Assembly: GCA_027483445.1 (NCBI GenBank)
Contig: JAIXUS010000028.1
Coordinates: 3,328-67,327 of the forward strand
DNA from: Bacteroidota bacterium
GTDB lineage: Bacteria; Bacteroidota; Bacteroidia; M30B66
Length of the DNA: 64,000 bases
Direction of reading: 5' to 3'
Shown: positions 26,971-35,575 of the stretch, piece after piece
Layout of the letters: every line of letters begins with the position of its first letter
How positions within the stretch are numbered: the first letter of the stretch is position 1
Program-made: the position numbers and the translations under genes
Notes under the pieces: generated by a model
Seen by the model: only the letters and a program-made list of their open reading frames with translations
Database searches by the model: none
What the model was told of the DNA's origin: nothing

Positions 26971-28093
26971 TTTCATTAACGGCCCATTAAGGCTCAGTCT
27001 AATCCTTTGTCTCCTTGGCAGTTTCGCCATTGTAGCCTGTAGCTCCTCTTCAAAAGAATCGCCACTCAGCGGCGTGGTTTCGAAGCATGCCAACACACTG
27101 TTGTACCTCGAGCAGGTAAAAGACAACAATGTGGTGCCCATCGATTCAGTTAAAACCAACGAAAAGGGAGAATTTGAATTTAAGCAAAAAATTGAGGTAA
27201 AAGACTTTTATCGACTGAGAGTCAGCCAAAACAACTTTGTATTTATCGTGCTTAATCCAAAAGAGAACGTGCGCTATGAGAACAACAATGTATTGTTGCA
27301 GCAAGATTACACTTTGAGCGGCTCGGAGGAAGCTGAGTTGGTTTTAGAAATCAAGCAGTTGCGGCAAAGCATCAATACGCATCGCGACTCATTGATACAA
27401 ATCATCAACAATGCACCATCGGAGCAGCGTGGACAGTTGCAGAAAACCATGGAAGAAGACTATAACCGCTTTGTGAATTCAAGGTTGGAGCAGGCCCGCA
27501 ACATCATCAAAACAAAAACAGACAAACTGGCGGCAGTTAGTGCTGCTGAAATGCTCGATCAGGATGCTGATTTTGAATCGTATGCATTGCTGGCTGAGAG
27601 CCTGAAGAAGAACTATCCGCATTCGGGCTTTGCACAAAACTTCATCAACCGTGTGGAGCAAATGAAGGCTACAGCCATTGGTTCAGTAGCTCCTGAAATC
27701 AATCTGCCATCCCCCGAAGGGCAAAACATTGCCTTGTCGTCGCTCCGCGGAAAAGTAGTACTCATCGACTTTTGGGCCTCATGGTGTGGGCCTTGCCGTA
27801 TGGAGAACCCCAATGTGGTTCGCCTTTACAATGAGGTGAAAGACAAGGGCTTCGAAGTGTATTCGGTGTCGCTCGATAAAGACAAAACCGCCTGGGTGAA
27901 TGCCATTCAAAAAGATGGGCTCACCTGGAAATCGCATGTTTCCGATTTGCAGTTTTGGAGCTCTTCGGTGGTCAAGCAATACGGGTTTTCTGGAATTCCA
28001 TTTACCGTTTTGATCGACCGTGATGGTAAAATTATCGGCAAAGGTTTAAGGGGTGAGCAATTAGAAGAGGCCGTTAAAAAGCAGTTACCCTAA
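26963..28093 (+). CDS. TlpA-family disulfide reductase lipoprotein (DUF4369-like + AhpC/TSA)
   Basis: Lipobox IVAC, DFWASWCGPCR, GIPFTVLIDRDG. Confidence 0.92.
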   Translation: MLNFINGPLRLSLILCLLGSFAIVACSSSSKESPLSGVVSKHANTLLYLEQVKDNNVVPIDSVKTNEKGEFEFKQKIEVKDFYRLRVSQNNFVFIVLNPKENVRYENNNVLLQQDYTLSGSEEAELVLEIKQLRQSINTHRDSLIQIINNAPSEQRGQLQKTMEEDYNRFVNSRLEQARNIIKTKTDKLAAVSAAEMLDQDADFESYALLAESLKKNYPHSGFAQNFINRVEQMKATAIGSVAPEINLPSPEGQNIALSSLRGKVVLIDFWASWCGPCRMENPNVVRLYNEVKDKGFEVYSVSLDKDKTAWVNAIQKDGLTWKSHVSDLQFWSSSVVKQYGFSGIPFTVLIDRDGKIIGKGLRGEQLEEAVKKQLP

Positions 28094-28154
28094 AATTTCG
28101 GGTGGCGTGTAACATCTTTTTTGTGGATTGCTCTTGAAGCCCAAACTCAACCGC

Positions 28155-31100
28155 ATGAAAAACCTATTTACTCCCTTTGGAAAGCTGCTCATGGCGGGCG
28201 GCTTTTGGTGTTTGGTAGCCGGATTTACCGAAGTTCGCGGACAGTCAGGCCCGTATTTTCAACAAGAAGTCAACTATTCCATTGAGGTTCGGCTCGACGA
28301 CGAAAAGCATCAACTGCATGCCTTTGAAAGTGTTGAATACATCAACAATTCGCCCGATGTACTCAACGAGATTTGGTTTCACCTGTGGCCCAATGCCTAC
28401 CGCGACAACTCTACGGCTTTCGCGGAGCAGGAACTTCGAAATGGCTCCACCAAGTTTCAGTTCGCCAAACCTGAGTCGCGCGGGTTTATCGACAGCTTAA
28501 AATTCATGGTTGATGGCGAATTGGTAAAAATGGATTACCATGAACGCCACCCCGACATCTGCAAAATCACCTTAAACAAAGGCCTTCAGCCCGGAGGGCG
28601 CATTACCATTAGCACCCCGTTTCGGGTAAAAATTCCCTCGTCTTCGTTTTCACGTTTAGGCCATTACAAGCAGCAATACCAATTGTGTCAGTGGTACCCC
28701 AAGCCTGCGGTTTACGATAGAAAAGGCTGGCATCCAATGCCTTACCTCAATCAAGGTGAGTTTTATTCTGAATTCGGAAAGTTTAGAGTTTCGATTACCC
28801 TTCCCGAAAATTATGTGATTGCCTCGTCGGGCACTATGGAAGCCAATGCCGCCGAAGAGGCTCGTATTGAAGAGAACATTCGAAAGACCACAGAGTGGAT
28901 GGCGCAAGGTTACCCAGAACGGAAGAATGACACTTTACTGTCGTCGAAAACCCTGAAAACCGTGGTTTATACCCTTGAAAATGCGCACGATTTTGCGTGG
29001 TTTACCGACAAGGAGTATCTCATTCAGCGTGGCAGTGTGAAGCTGGATCGTTCGGGGAATACCATTGAGACATGGACCTATTTCACCCCGAAAAATGCAA
29101 AGTCGTGGAAAGACGGGATTACCTATGTAAACGATGCGGTTAACTATTATTCTCAATGGGTTGGCGACTACCCCTGGCCGGTTTGCAAAGCCCTCGACGG
29201 CGCACTCAGCGCGGGCGGCGGCATGGAATACCCAACCATTACCATCATTTCGCCAACCAGCGACGTGGTTCAACTCGATGAGGTAATCGCCCACGAGGTT
29301 GGTCACAACTGGTTTTACGGCATTTTGGCCAGCAACGAGCGCCGCTACCCATGGATGGACGAAGGCACGAACTCTTACTACGAGAACCGGTACATGCGTT
29401 TGAAATACCCCAATCACTCGTTGGTAGATATGGTGCTTCCCGAAAGTATAGGCTCAAAATTAGGCATCCATGAATTCGGAAATTACGCCCTACAAACGGT
29501 GCCTTACCTGCTTTGCGCGCGCAGTGGAATTGATCAGCCTTTGCACCTGGCGGCGGATGACTATAAAAGCATTAATTACGGTACCATGGTTTACATGAAA
29601 ACCGCCGTGGTATTCAATTATTTGGAAGCTTACCTTGGCACTGAGAAGTTCGATGCCATGATGCAGTCGTACTTCAATACCTGGAAGTTTCGTCACCCTT
29701 ACCCAGAAGATTTCAGAGCGCATGCCGAGCAGTTTACCGGTGAAAAGCTCGACTGGTTTTTCAATGGCCTCATTGAATCGCGCGAACGTGTTGATTACGC
29801 CATTGGTCGCATCCAAAAAACAGATAAAGGGTACAAGGTAACGGTACGAAATAACGGTGAGTTGGCAGCCCCACTGGGTATTAGCCTACGGCAGGATGAC
29901 AAAGTGCAAACCACTTGGTTTCAAGGCTTTGAAGGGAAGCAAAAACTAGACATTCCGGCCTCCATGGGTAGCAAGCCCGACTGGATTTCGGTAAATGGTA
30001 CCGGACAGATTTTAGATGTGAACCCGAAGAACGATCGCCGTAAGCTTACCGGAATATTCAGAAGAACGAAGCCGGCCATCCGACTCTTAACCGGTTTGGA
30101 GCGCCCGGGCCGCAGATCGATGTATCTCATTCCAGCCCTTGGATTCAACGCGTACGATGGTTTCATGTCAGGTTTAGCCTTCCATAACTGGGGAATTTAT
30201 CGGAAACGCATGGAATACATGTTCATTCCGATGTACGGCATGAAATCGTCGCAATGGGCCGGCTCCTCCCAATTGAGTTACCAGTTTAGACCTGTAGACG
30301 GACCGTTCCGCGCCATAACACTCAATGGTACGGCAGACCGTTACTCAGCGCGAACCTTCATCAGTGATGGGTTCAGGCGCTACACAGGATCAGTCGCCTT
30401 TCGTTTCGACAATCCCAAGAAACCCTGGAGCAAAGACGAAAAAGAGTTGATGTTGCGGTACATCCGCACAGAACTGGAGTTGAACAACGCCGGCGACTTC
30501 TTCCAATTCCCCATTGCACAGTCGTTTTACCAAGCGCGATATACACACGCCGTAAACCACACCTTAAACCCTTGGAAGGTGATCGCCGATGTTCAGGCGC
30601 ACAACGATTTCGCGAAAACGAGCCTAACCTACACCCGCCGGTTTGCCTACAATAAGCGCAAAAAGGGACTTGATCTTCGGTTCTTTGCCGGTGCGTTTCT
30701 GTATCGACGCAATAGCGAAATGGGTGGCACCGGAAGTGTAGACGCACGTTTCCGTTTAAGCGGACAAAGAGGTTCTCAGGACTATCTATACGATGACATT
30801 TTCCTTGGTCGGAACGAAGCCTCTGGTGTGTGGGCTCAGCAAATGAGCATGACCGATGGTATGTTTGCTTTGCCGGTGTTTATTGGACAGGCCGACCGCT
30901 ATTTAACCAGCCTGAATTTGCAAACCACCTTGCCTGTGTCGCCTTTACGGATTTTTGTGAATGCCGGTTTATGGGGTTACGTAGAAAGCACACTGCTCAA
31001 CCCGGGAGTGCAAATTTTCGAGCCACCGCAGTTTTCGTACAGCAACAAGCAGGATTTTGGAGCAGAAGCCGGCGTTTCCTTGCCGTTGATTAAAAATGTG

Positions 31101-31250
31101 TTCGAGGTGTATCTTCCTTTGGTTTACACCTACAATTTGCAGCAGAACTTTGAGTTACAGGCCAATAACGATTTCATCCATCGTTTGCGTTTCGTACTCA
31201 ATATCAAACTGATGAACCCTATCAAAACCATTCGAAACCTGGGCAACTAA
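28155..31250 (+). CDS. M1-family zinc metallopeptidase with a long beta-rich C-terminal region
   Basis: GGMEYP exopeptidase motif, HEVGH-x18-E (WMDEG), signal peptide. Confidence 0.92.
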   Translation: MKNLFTPFGKLLMAGGFWCLVAGFTEVRGQSGPYFQQEVNYSIEVRLDDEKHQLHAFESVEYINNSPDVLNEIWFHLWPNAYRDNSTAFAEQELRNGSTKFQFAKPESRGFIDSLKFMVDGELVKMDYHERHPDICKITLNKGLQPGGRITISTPFRVKIPSSSFSRLGHYKQQYQLCQWYPKPAVYDRKGWHPMPYLNQGEFYSEFGKFRVSITLPENYVIASSGTMEANAAEEARIEENIRKTTEWMAQGYPERKNDTLLSSKTLKTVVYTLENAHDFAWFTDKEYLIQRGSVKLDRSGNTIETWTYFTPKNAKSWKDGITYVNDAVNYYSQWVGDYPWPVCKALDGALSAGGGMEYPTITIISPTSDVVQLDEVIAHEVGHNWFYGILASNERRYPWMDEGTNSYYENRYMRLKYPNHSLVDMVLPESIGSKLGIHEFGNYALQTVPYLLCARSGIDQPLHLAADDYKSINYGTMVYMKTAVVFNYLEAYLGTEKFDAMMQSYFNTWKFRHPYPEDFRAHAEQFTGEKLDWFFNGLIESRERVDYAIGRIQKTDKGYKVTVRNNGELAAPLGISLRQDDKVQTTWFQGFEGKQKLDIPASMGSKPDWISVNGTGQILDVNPKNDRRKLTGIFRRTKPAIRLLTGLERPGRRSMYLIPALGFNAYDGFMSGLAFHNWGIYRKRMEYMFIPMYGMKSSQWAGSSQLSYQFRPVDGPFRAITLNGTADRYSARTFISDGFRRYTGSVAFRFDNPKKPWSKDEKELMLRYIRTELELNNAGDFFQFPIAQSFYQARYTHAVNHTLNPWKVIADVQAHNDFAKTSLTYTRRFAYNKRKKGLDLRFFAGAFLYRRNSEMGGTGSVDARFRLSGQRGSQDYLYDDIFLGRNEASGVWAQQMSMTDGMFALPVFIGQADRYLTSLNLQTTLPVSPLRIFVNAGLWGYVESTLLNPGVQIFEPPQFSYSNKQDFGAEAGVSLPLIKNVFEVYLPLVYTYNLQQNFELQANNDFIHRLRFVLNIKLMNPIKTIRNLGN

Positions 31251-31252
31251 GC

Positions 31253-31993
31253 ATGTCGAAAATCTACTTTGCCAGCGATTTTCACCTGGGCGTACCCAAC
31301 GCCGTACAGAGCCTCCTTCGGGAAAAGAAGCTCGTTCGTTGGCTGAATGAAGTTTCGAGTGATGCTGATACCATTTATTTGGTTGGCGACCTTTTCGATT
31401 TTTGGTTTGAATACAAACACGCGGTTCCCAAAGGCTACACCCGGCTTTTGGGAACCCTTTCTACGTTAAGCGACAAAGGGGTGCGCATTGAATTGTTTAC
31501 CGGCAACCACGACATGTGGATGTTTGGCTACCTCGAGCAGGAATGTGGAGTTAAGGTTCACCGGCAACCCATTGTTTTACAGGCTCAAGGCAAAAAAATT
31601 GTACTTGGTCACGGCGATGGATTAGGTCCGGGAGATTATGGCTACAAATTCATCAAGCGCGTTTTTGCCCATCCATTAAGCCAATGGTTGTTTGCACGTT
31701 TGCATCCTAATTTCGGAATTGGAATGGCCAATTTCTGGTCGCGCCGAAGCCGGGCCACCGCTGCTCAAAAAGATGCCTTCAAGGGCGTCGAAAATGAGTG
31801 GCTGCTCAGCTATGCCAAAGAACGCATTCTACAAGAACCGGATATTGATTACTTCGTATTCGGACATCGCCATTTACCGCTTGATTTGCCCGTGAACGAG
31901 CGTTGCCGGTATGTGAATTTAGGCGATTGGTTTGAGGCCTGTTCGTATGCCATTCTTGACCAAGGTAATTTGGTGCTAAAGTATTATCGCTGA
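31253..31993 (+). CDS. lpxH: UDP-2,3-diacylglucosamine diphosphatase (LpxH-like)
   Basis: Metallophosphoesterase motifs SDFHLG, GDLFDFW, GNHD, GHGDG, FGHRH, NLGDW. Confidence 0.9.
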   Translation: MSKIYFASDFHLGVPNAVQSLLREKKLVRWLNEVSSDADTIYLVGDLFDFWFEYKHAVPKGYTRLLGTLSTLSDKGVRIELFTGNHDMWMFGYLEQECGVKVHRQPIVLQAQGKKIVLGHGDGLGPGDYGYKFIKRVFAHPLSQWLFARLHPNFGIGMANFWSRRSRATAAQKDAFKGVENEWLLSYAKERILQEPDIDYFVFGHRHLPLDLPVNERCRYVNLGDWFEACSYAILDQGNLVLKYYR

Positions 31994-32040
31994 GCCCGGT
32001 CAATTTTATAAACAAATGTCAGCCCGGCTGAGCGGCTTGG

Positions 32041-32048
32041 TATATTTG
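32041..32048 (+). promoter_or_regulatory. -7 element (TATATTTG) of dnaB
   Basis: Exact TAnnTTTG match 7 nt before ATG 32056. Confidence 0.55.
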
Positions 32049-32055
32049 CAGTTCT

Positions 32056-33621
32056 ATGTCCGAAAGTGAAAAGTCGATAAGCACTGCGCGTAAGCGAAAG
32101 CCCATTTTAGGGGTAAATACCATGAGTGATTTCTCCGCAGGAAAGCTTCCCCCACAAGCCGTTGATGTGGAAGAAGCCGTGTTGGGTGCACTTATGCTCG
32201 ACAAAGATGCCCTTTCGACGGTGATTGACTCATTGAAGGTAGAGACCTTTTACAAGGATGAACACCAGCGCATTTTTGAGGTCATCCTAAACCTCTTCAA
32301 CAATTCAAAACCGGTTGATATTCTTTCGGTTGTGCAGGAATTGCGTCGCCGCGGTGAGCTCGACCTCGCCGGTGGAGCGGCCTACATTACCTCACTGACC
32401 AACCGGGTTGCTTCTACCGCCCACATCGAATACCATTCACGAATCCTCAATCAAAAACAGATTCAGCGCGAGCTCATTAAAGTATCCTCTAACATCATTT
32501 CCAAAGCCTATGAAGAAGGAACAGATGCTCTGATGCTGTTAGACGAGGCTGAAAAAGAACTCTTTGCGGTTGGGCAAAGCAACATCAAGAAGAATTTTGC
32601 CCAAATGTCGGACCTTGTCATTGAGGCCAAAAAACAAATCGAGTTGGCCGGATTGCAAACAGATGGCTTGAGTGGCGTGCCTTCGGGCTTTTTAGAGCTT
32701 GACCGAATGACCGCTGGCTGGCAGCGTTCCGACCTGCTCATCCTCGCCGCTCGTCCGGGTATGGGTAAAACAGCCTTTGTACTGGCACTGGCGCGAAACG
32801 CTGCGGTAGATTTCAAGCGACCGGTGGCCGTTTTCTCGCTCGAAATGTCGAGCATCCAATTGGTGATGCGTTTGATTTCCGGAGAGGCCGAACTCAGCAA
32901 CGAAAAGCTGAAACGGGGCAGACTTGAAAACCACGAGTGGCACCAGTTAGATACGAAGATTCGGGAACTCACCGAAGCCCCTATTTTTATCGACGACACC
33001 CCTGCCCTATCGATTTTTGAACTCCGGGCTAAGGCGCGCCGTCTCAAGGCAAACCACGGCATTCAAATGCTCATTATCGACTACTTGCAGCTCATGACCG
33101 CAGGTTCTGAGGTGAAAGGCGGCAACAGGGAGCAGGAAATTTCGATGATTTCACGGTCACTGAAAGGCATTGCCAAAGAGCTCGACATACCGGTTATTGC
33201 CCTTTCGCAGCTCAGCCGTAACGTAGAGCAGCGTGGAGGTTCAAAAGTTCCTCAGCTGAGCGACTTGCGTGAATCGGGAGCCATTGAGCAAGACGCCGAC
33301 ATGGTAATGTTCATCTACCGACCTGAATACTATAATATTGCTGAAACCGACGACGGTAAGCCAACCGCCGGTTTAGCCGAGATTCACATCGCCAAGCACC
33401 GAAACGGCTCCTTGGGTGCTGTGCCGCTACGGTACATTTCTCACTTGGCCAAATTTGCGAATCTCGACTTTGTGCCTTCGCCTCCATCTTCGGCAGGAGC
33501 CGGTTCCAGCGCCGGATTAAGGCCCAATACCGGATTTGATGAGCCCGGCGGTGGAACCATCATTCGGGAATCGAAAATGAACAGCGCTGATCCCTGGGAA
33601 ACCGAAAACCTCGATTTTTAA
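32056..33621 (+). CDS. dnaB: Replicative DNA helicase
   Basis: LPPQA..EEAVLGA, AARPGMGKT, IDYLQLM, SQLSR, SDLRESGAIEQDAD, IAKHRNG. Confidence 0.98.
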   Translation: MSESEKSISTARKRKPILGVNTMSDFSAGKLPPQAVDVEEAVLGALMLDKDALSTVIDSLKVETFYKDEHQRIFEVILNLFNNSKPVDILSVVQELRRRGELDLAGGAAYITSLTNRVASTAHIEYHSRILNQKQIQRELIKVSSNIISKAYEEGTDALMLLDEAEKELFAVGQSNIKKNFAQMSDLVIEAKKQIELAGLQTDGLSGVPSGFLELDRMTAGWQRSDLLILAARPGMGKTAFVLALARNAAVDFKRPVAVFSLEMSSIQLVMRLISGEAELSNEKLKRGRLENHEWHQLDTKIRELTEAPIFIDDTPALSIFELRAKARRLKANHGIQMLIIDYLQLMTAGSEVKGGNREQEISMISRSLKGIAKELDIPVIALSQLSRNVEQRGGSKVPQLSDLRESGAIEQDADMVMFIYRPEYYNIAETDDGKPTAGLAEIHIAKHRNGSLGAVPLRYISHLAKFANLDFVPSPPSSAGAGSSAGLRPNTGFDEPGGGTIIRESKMNSADPWETENLDF

Positions 33622-33664
33622 TCCATAAAATAACTAAGGGCAGACTTCTGCGTTAATGTTCGTG

Positions 33665-34927
33665 ATGATGAAGAAAGCCATCCTTTTCCTTCTGGTCCTC
33701 GCAGGATTGGTCCTCCCCGGCAGGGCGGCCTCAATCCTCATTCCCATGGACGCCAGCCAACAAAACCATCTCAAAGCTTACGGCATCGCATATTGGATTC
33801 TTACCCAAGACGTTGAGCTGTATTGGTTGCTCAACTACCGTGGTGGCAGCTTTATGAGCAAGCAATTCAGCCAGATTGAGGAAGAATGCAAAATTCGTGG
33901 GGTGAGCTACCAGGTCATCTCCGACGGGCAGTCGGCCTCCATTTTAGAAGAACTCTCGGTGCCTGAGGTTAACATGGATCATGTGAAACTCGAAAAAGCT
34001 CCGAAAGTAGCTGTGTATTCACCAAAGGATAAGCAGCCCTGGGACGATGCGGTGACCTTGGTACTAACCTATGCTGAAATTCCTTACGACGTGGTGTACG
34101 ATGAGGAAATCATGACCGACAAGCTGCTTACCTATGATTGGTTGCACCTTCACCATGAGGATTTTACAGGACAGTACGGCCGATTCTGGGCAGCATACCG
34201 CAATGCCAAGTGGTACATGGATCAGCAGAAGAATTCGGAAGACATGGCGCGACGACTGGGATTTAACAAAGTGTCGGAGCTTAAATTGGCGGTTGCCAAG
34301 AAAATCAGGGATTTTACCTTAGGCGGGGGCTTCCTGTTTGCCATGTGTTCGGCCACCGATAGTTACGATATTGCCTTAGCGGCAGATGGGGTTGACATTT
34401 GCGAGCCTATGTTTGATGGCGATCCTGCAGACCCCGGAATGCAGCAAAAAATCGACTTTAGTCACGGGTTTGCATTTACCGACTACATGCTTAGCCGGAA
34501 TCCTGCTGAATACGAGTTTTCGAGTATAGATGCTACCCAATCGCGGAGGATTCCCGAAAAGGAAGACTATTTCGCCTTGTTTGAGTTTTCGGCCAAATGG
34601 GATCCGGTGCCTACGATGCTTTGCCAGAACCACGAAAAAATCATCAAAGGCTTCATGGGGCAGACAACCGCCTTTATGCGGAAACACATCAAAACCGATG
34701 TGTTGATTATGGGTGAAAACAAGGCTGCTGGGGAAGCACGTTACATTCATGGCGTTGCCGGAAAAGGCACCTGGACATTTTACGGAGGGCACGATCCGGA
34801 AGATTACGAGCATAAAGTGGGCGATCCGCCAACCGATTTATCCTTGCATCCCAATTCGCCGGGCTACAGGCTCATTTTGAACAATATTCTTTTTCCGGCG
34901 GCCAAAAAGAAGAAACAAAAAACCTAA
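33665..34927 (+). CDS. Conserved Bacteroidota secreted protein (often labelled 'asparagine synthetase B'; class-I GATase-like fold suspected)
   Basis: Signal peptide, NHLKAYG, WLLNYRGGSF, WDDAVTLVLTYAEIP, HLHHEDFTGQYG, FAMCSATD, YGGHDPEDY. Confidence 0.8.
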   Translation: MMKKAILFLLVLAGLVLPGRAASILIPMDASQQNHLKAYGIAYWILTQDVELYWLLNYRGGSFMSKQFSQIEEECKIRGVSYQVISDGQSASILEELSVPEVNMDHVKLEKAPKVAVYSPKDKQPWDDAVTLVLTYAEIPYDVVYDEEIMTDKLLTYDWLHLHHEDFTGQYGRFWAAYRNAKWYMDQQKNSEDMARRLGFNKVSELKLAVAKKIRDFTLGGGFLFAMCSATDSYDIALAADGVDICEPMFDGDPADPGMQQKIDFSHGFAFTDYMLSRNPAEYEFSSIDATQSRRIPEKEDYFALFEFSAKWDPVPTMLCQNHEKIIKGFMGQTTAFMRKHIKTDVLIMGENKAAGEARYIHGVAGKGTWTFYGGHDPEDYEHKVGDPPTDLSLHPNSPGYRLILNNILFPAAKKKKQKT

Positions 34928-35532
34928 TGCGGGTACTTCGCTTTCTGCTCCTTGGTTTGCTCCTTGCCTCCAGTGCCCTCGATGCGCAGGTTCTGCAGGA
35001 TTCCATTGCCTTAGACTGTGATGTATTTCGGCGCAAAACCGAAAAGCGCGCTATGGTTATGCTGAGCACCTGGTCGGCCCTCAACCTCGGTACCGGCTTC
35101 ATATTGAGCCAGCAAACCTCCGGTTGGGAGTCGCGGTTCCACCTTTCAAATGCCTTGTGGAACACCGTCAATGCGTCTATTGCCATCAGCAGCTTGCTGC
35201 GCATGCGCGAAGAAAGATTGAGCGGAAACCTTGTGGCTGCGGTAAACAAGCTGCATTCGGCCGAAAAAGCATTCTTGTTCAATACCGGTTTAGACCTCGC
35301 CTACATGGCTACCGGCTGGTACCTAACCGAAGCCTCGAAGAATCAAAATGAAATTGAACGCCGCGACGTGTTTTTGGGTGCCGGGCGGAGTTTGATGTTG
35401 CAGGGTGGCTTCCTCTTTGTGTTCGACCTCGCATGTTTTCTAAGCATTAAACGGATTAATGGCTTTTACGGAAAACTGCTGGAAGGCTTGTATGTCGGAG
35501 GAAATGGCCTCGGCATCAGAAAACAGTTTTAG
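34927..35532 (+). CDS. Conserved membrane-associated hypothetical protein (DUF6992-like)
   Basis: MVMLSTWSALN, NALWNTVN, FLFNTGLDLAY, QGGFLFVFD; TAATG coupling to the upstream gene. Confidence 0.75.
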   Translation: MRVLRFLLLGLLLASSALDAQVLQDSIALDCDVFRRKTEKRAMVMLSTWSALNLGTGFILSQQTSGWESRFHLSNALWNTVNASIAISSLLRMREERLSGNLVAAVNKLHSAEKAFLFNTGLDLAYMATGWYLTEASKNQNEIERRDVFLGAGRSLMLQGGFLFVFDLACFLSIKRINGFYGKLLEGLYVGGNGLGIRKQF

Positions 35533-35575
35533 ACAAATCGTGTAGGATTGCTGGGGGTTGATTAGCTTGCAGCCC

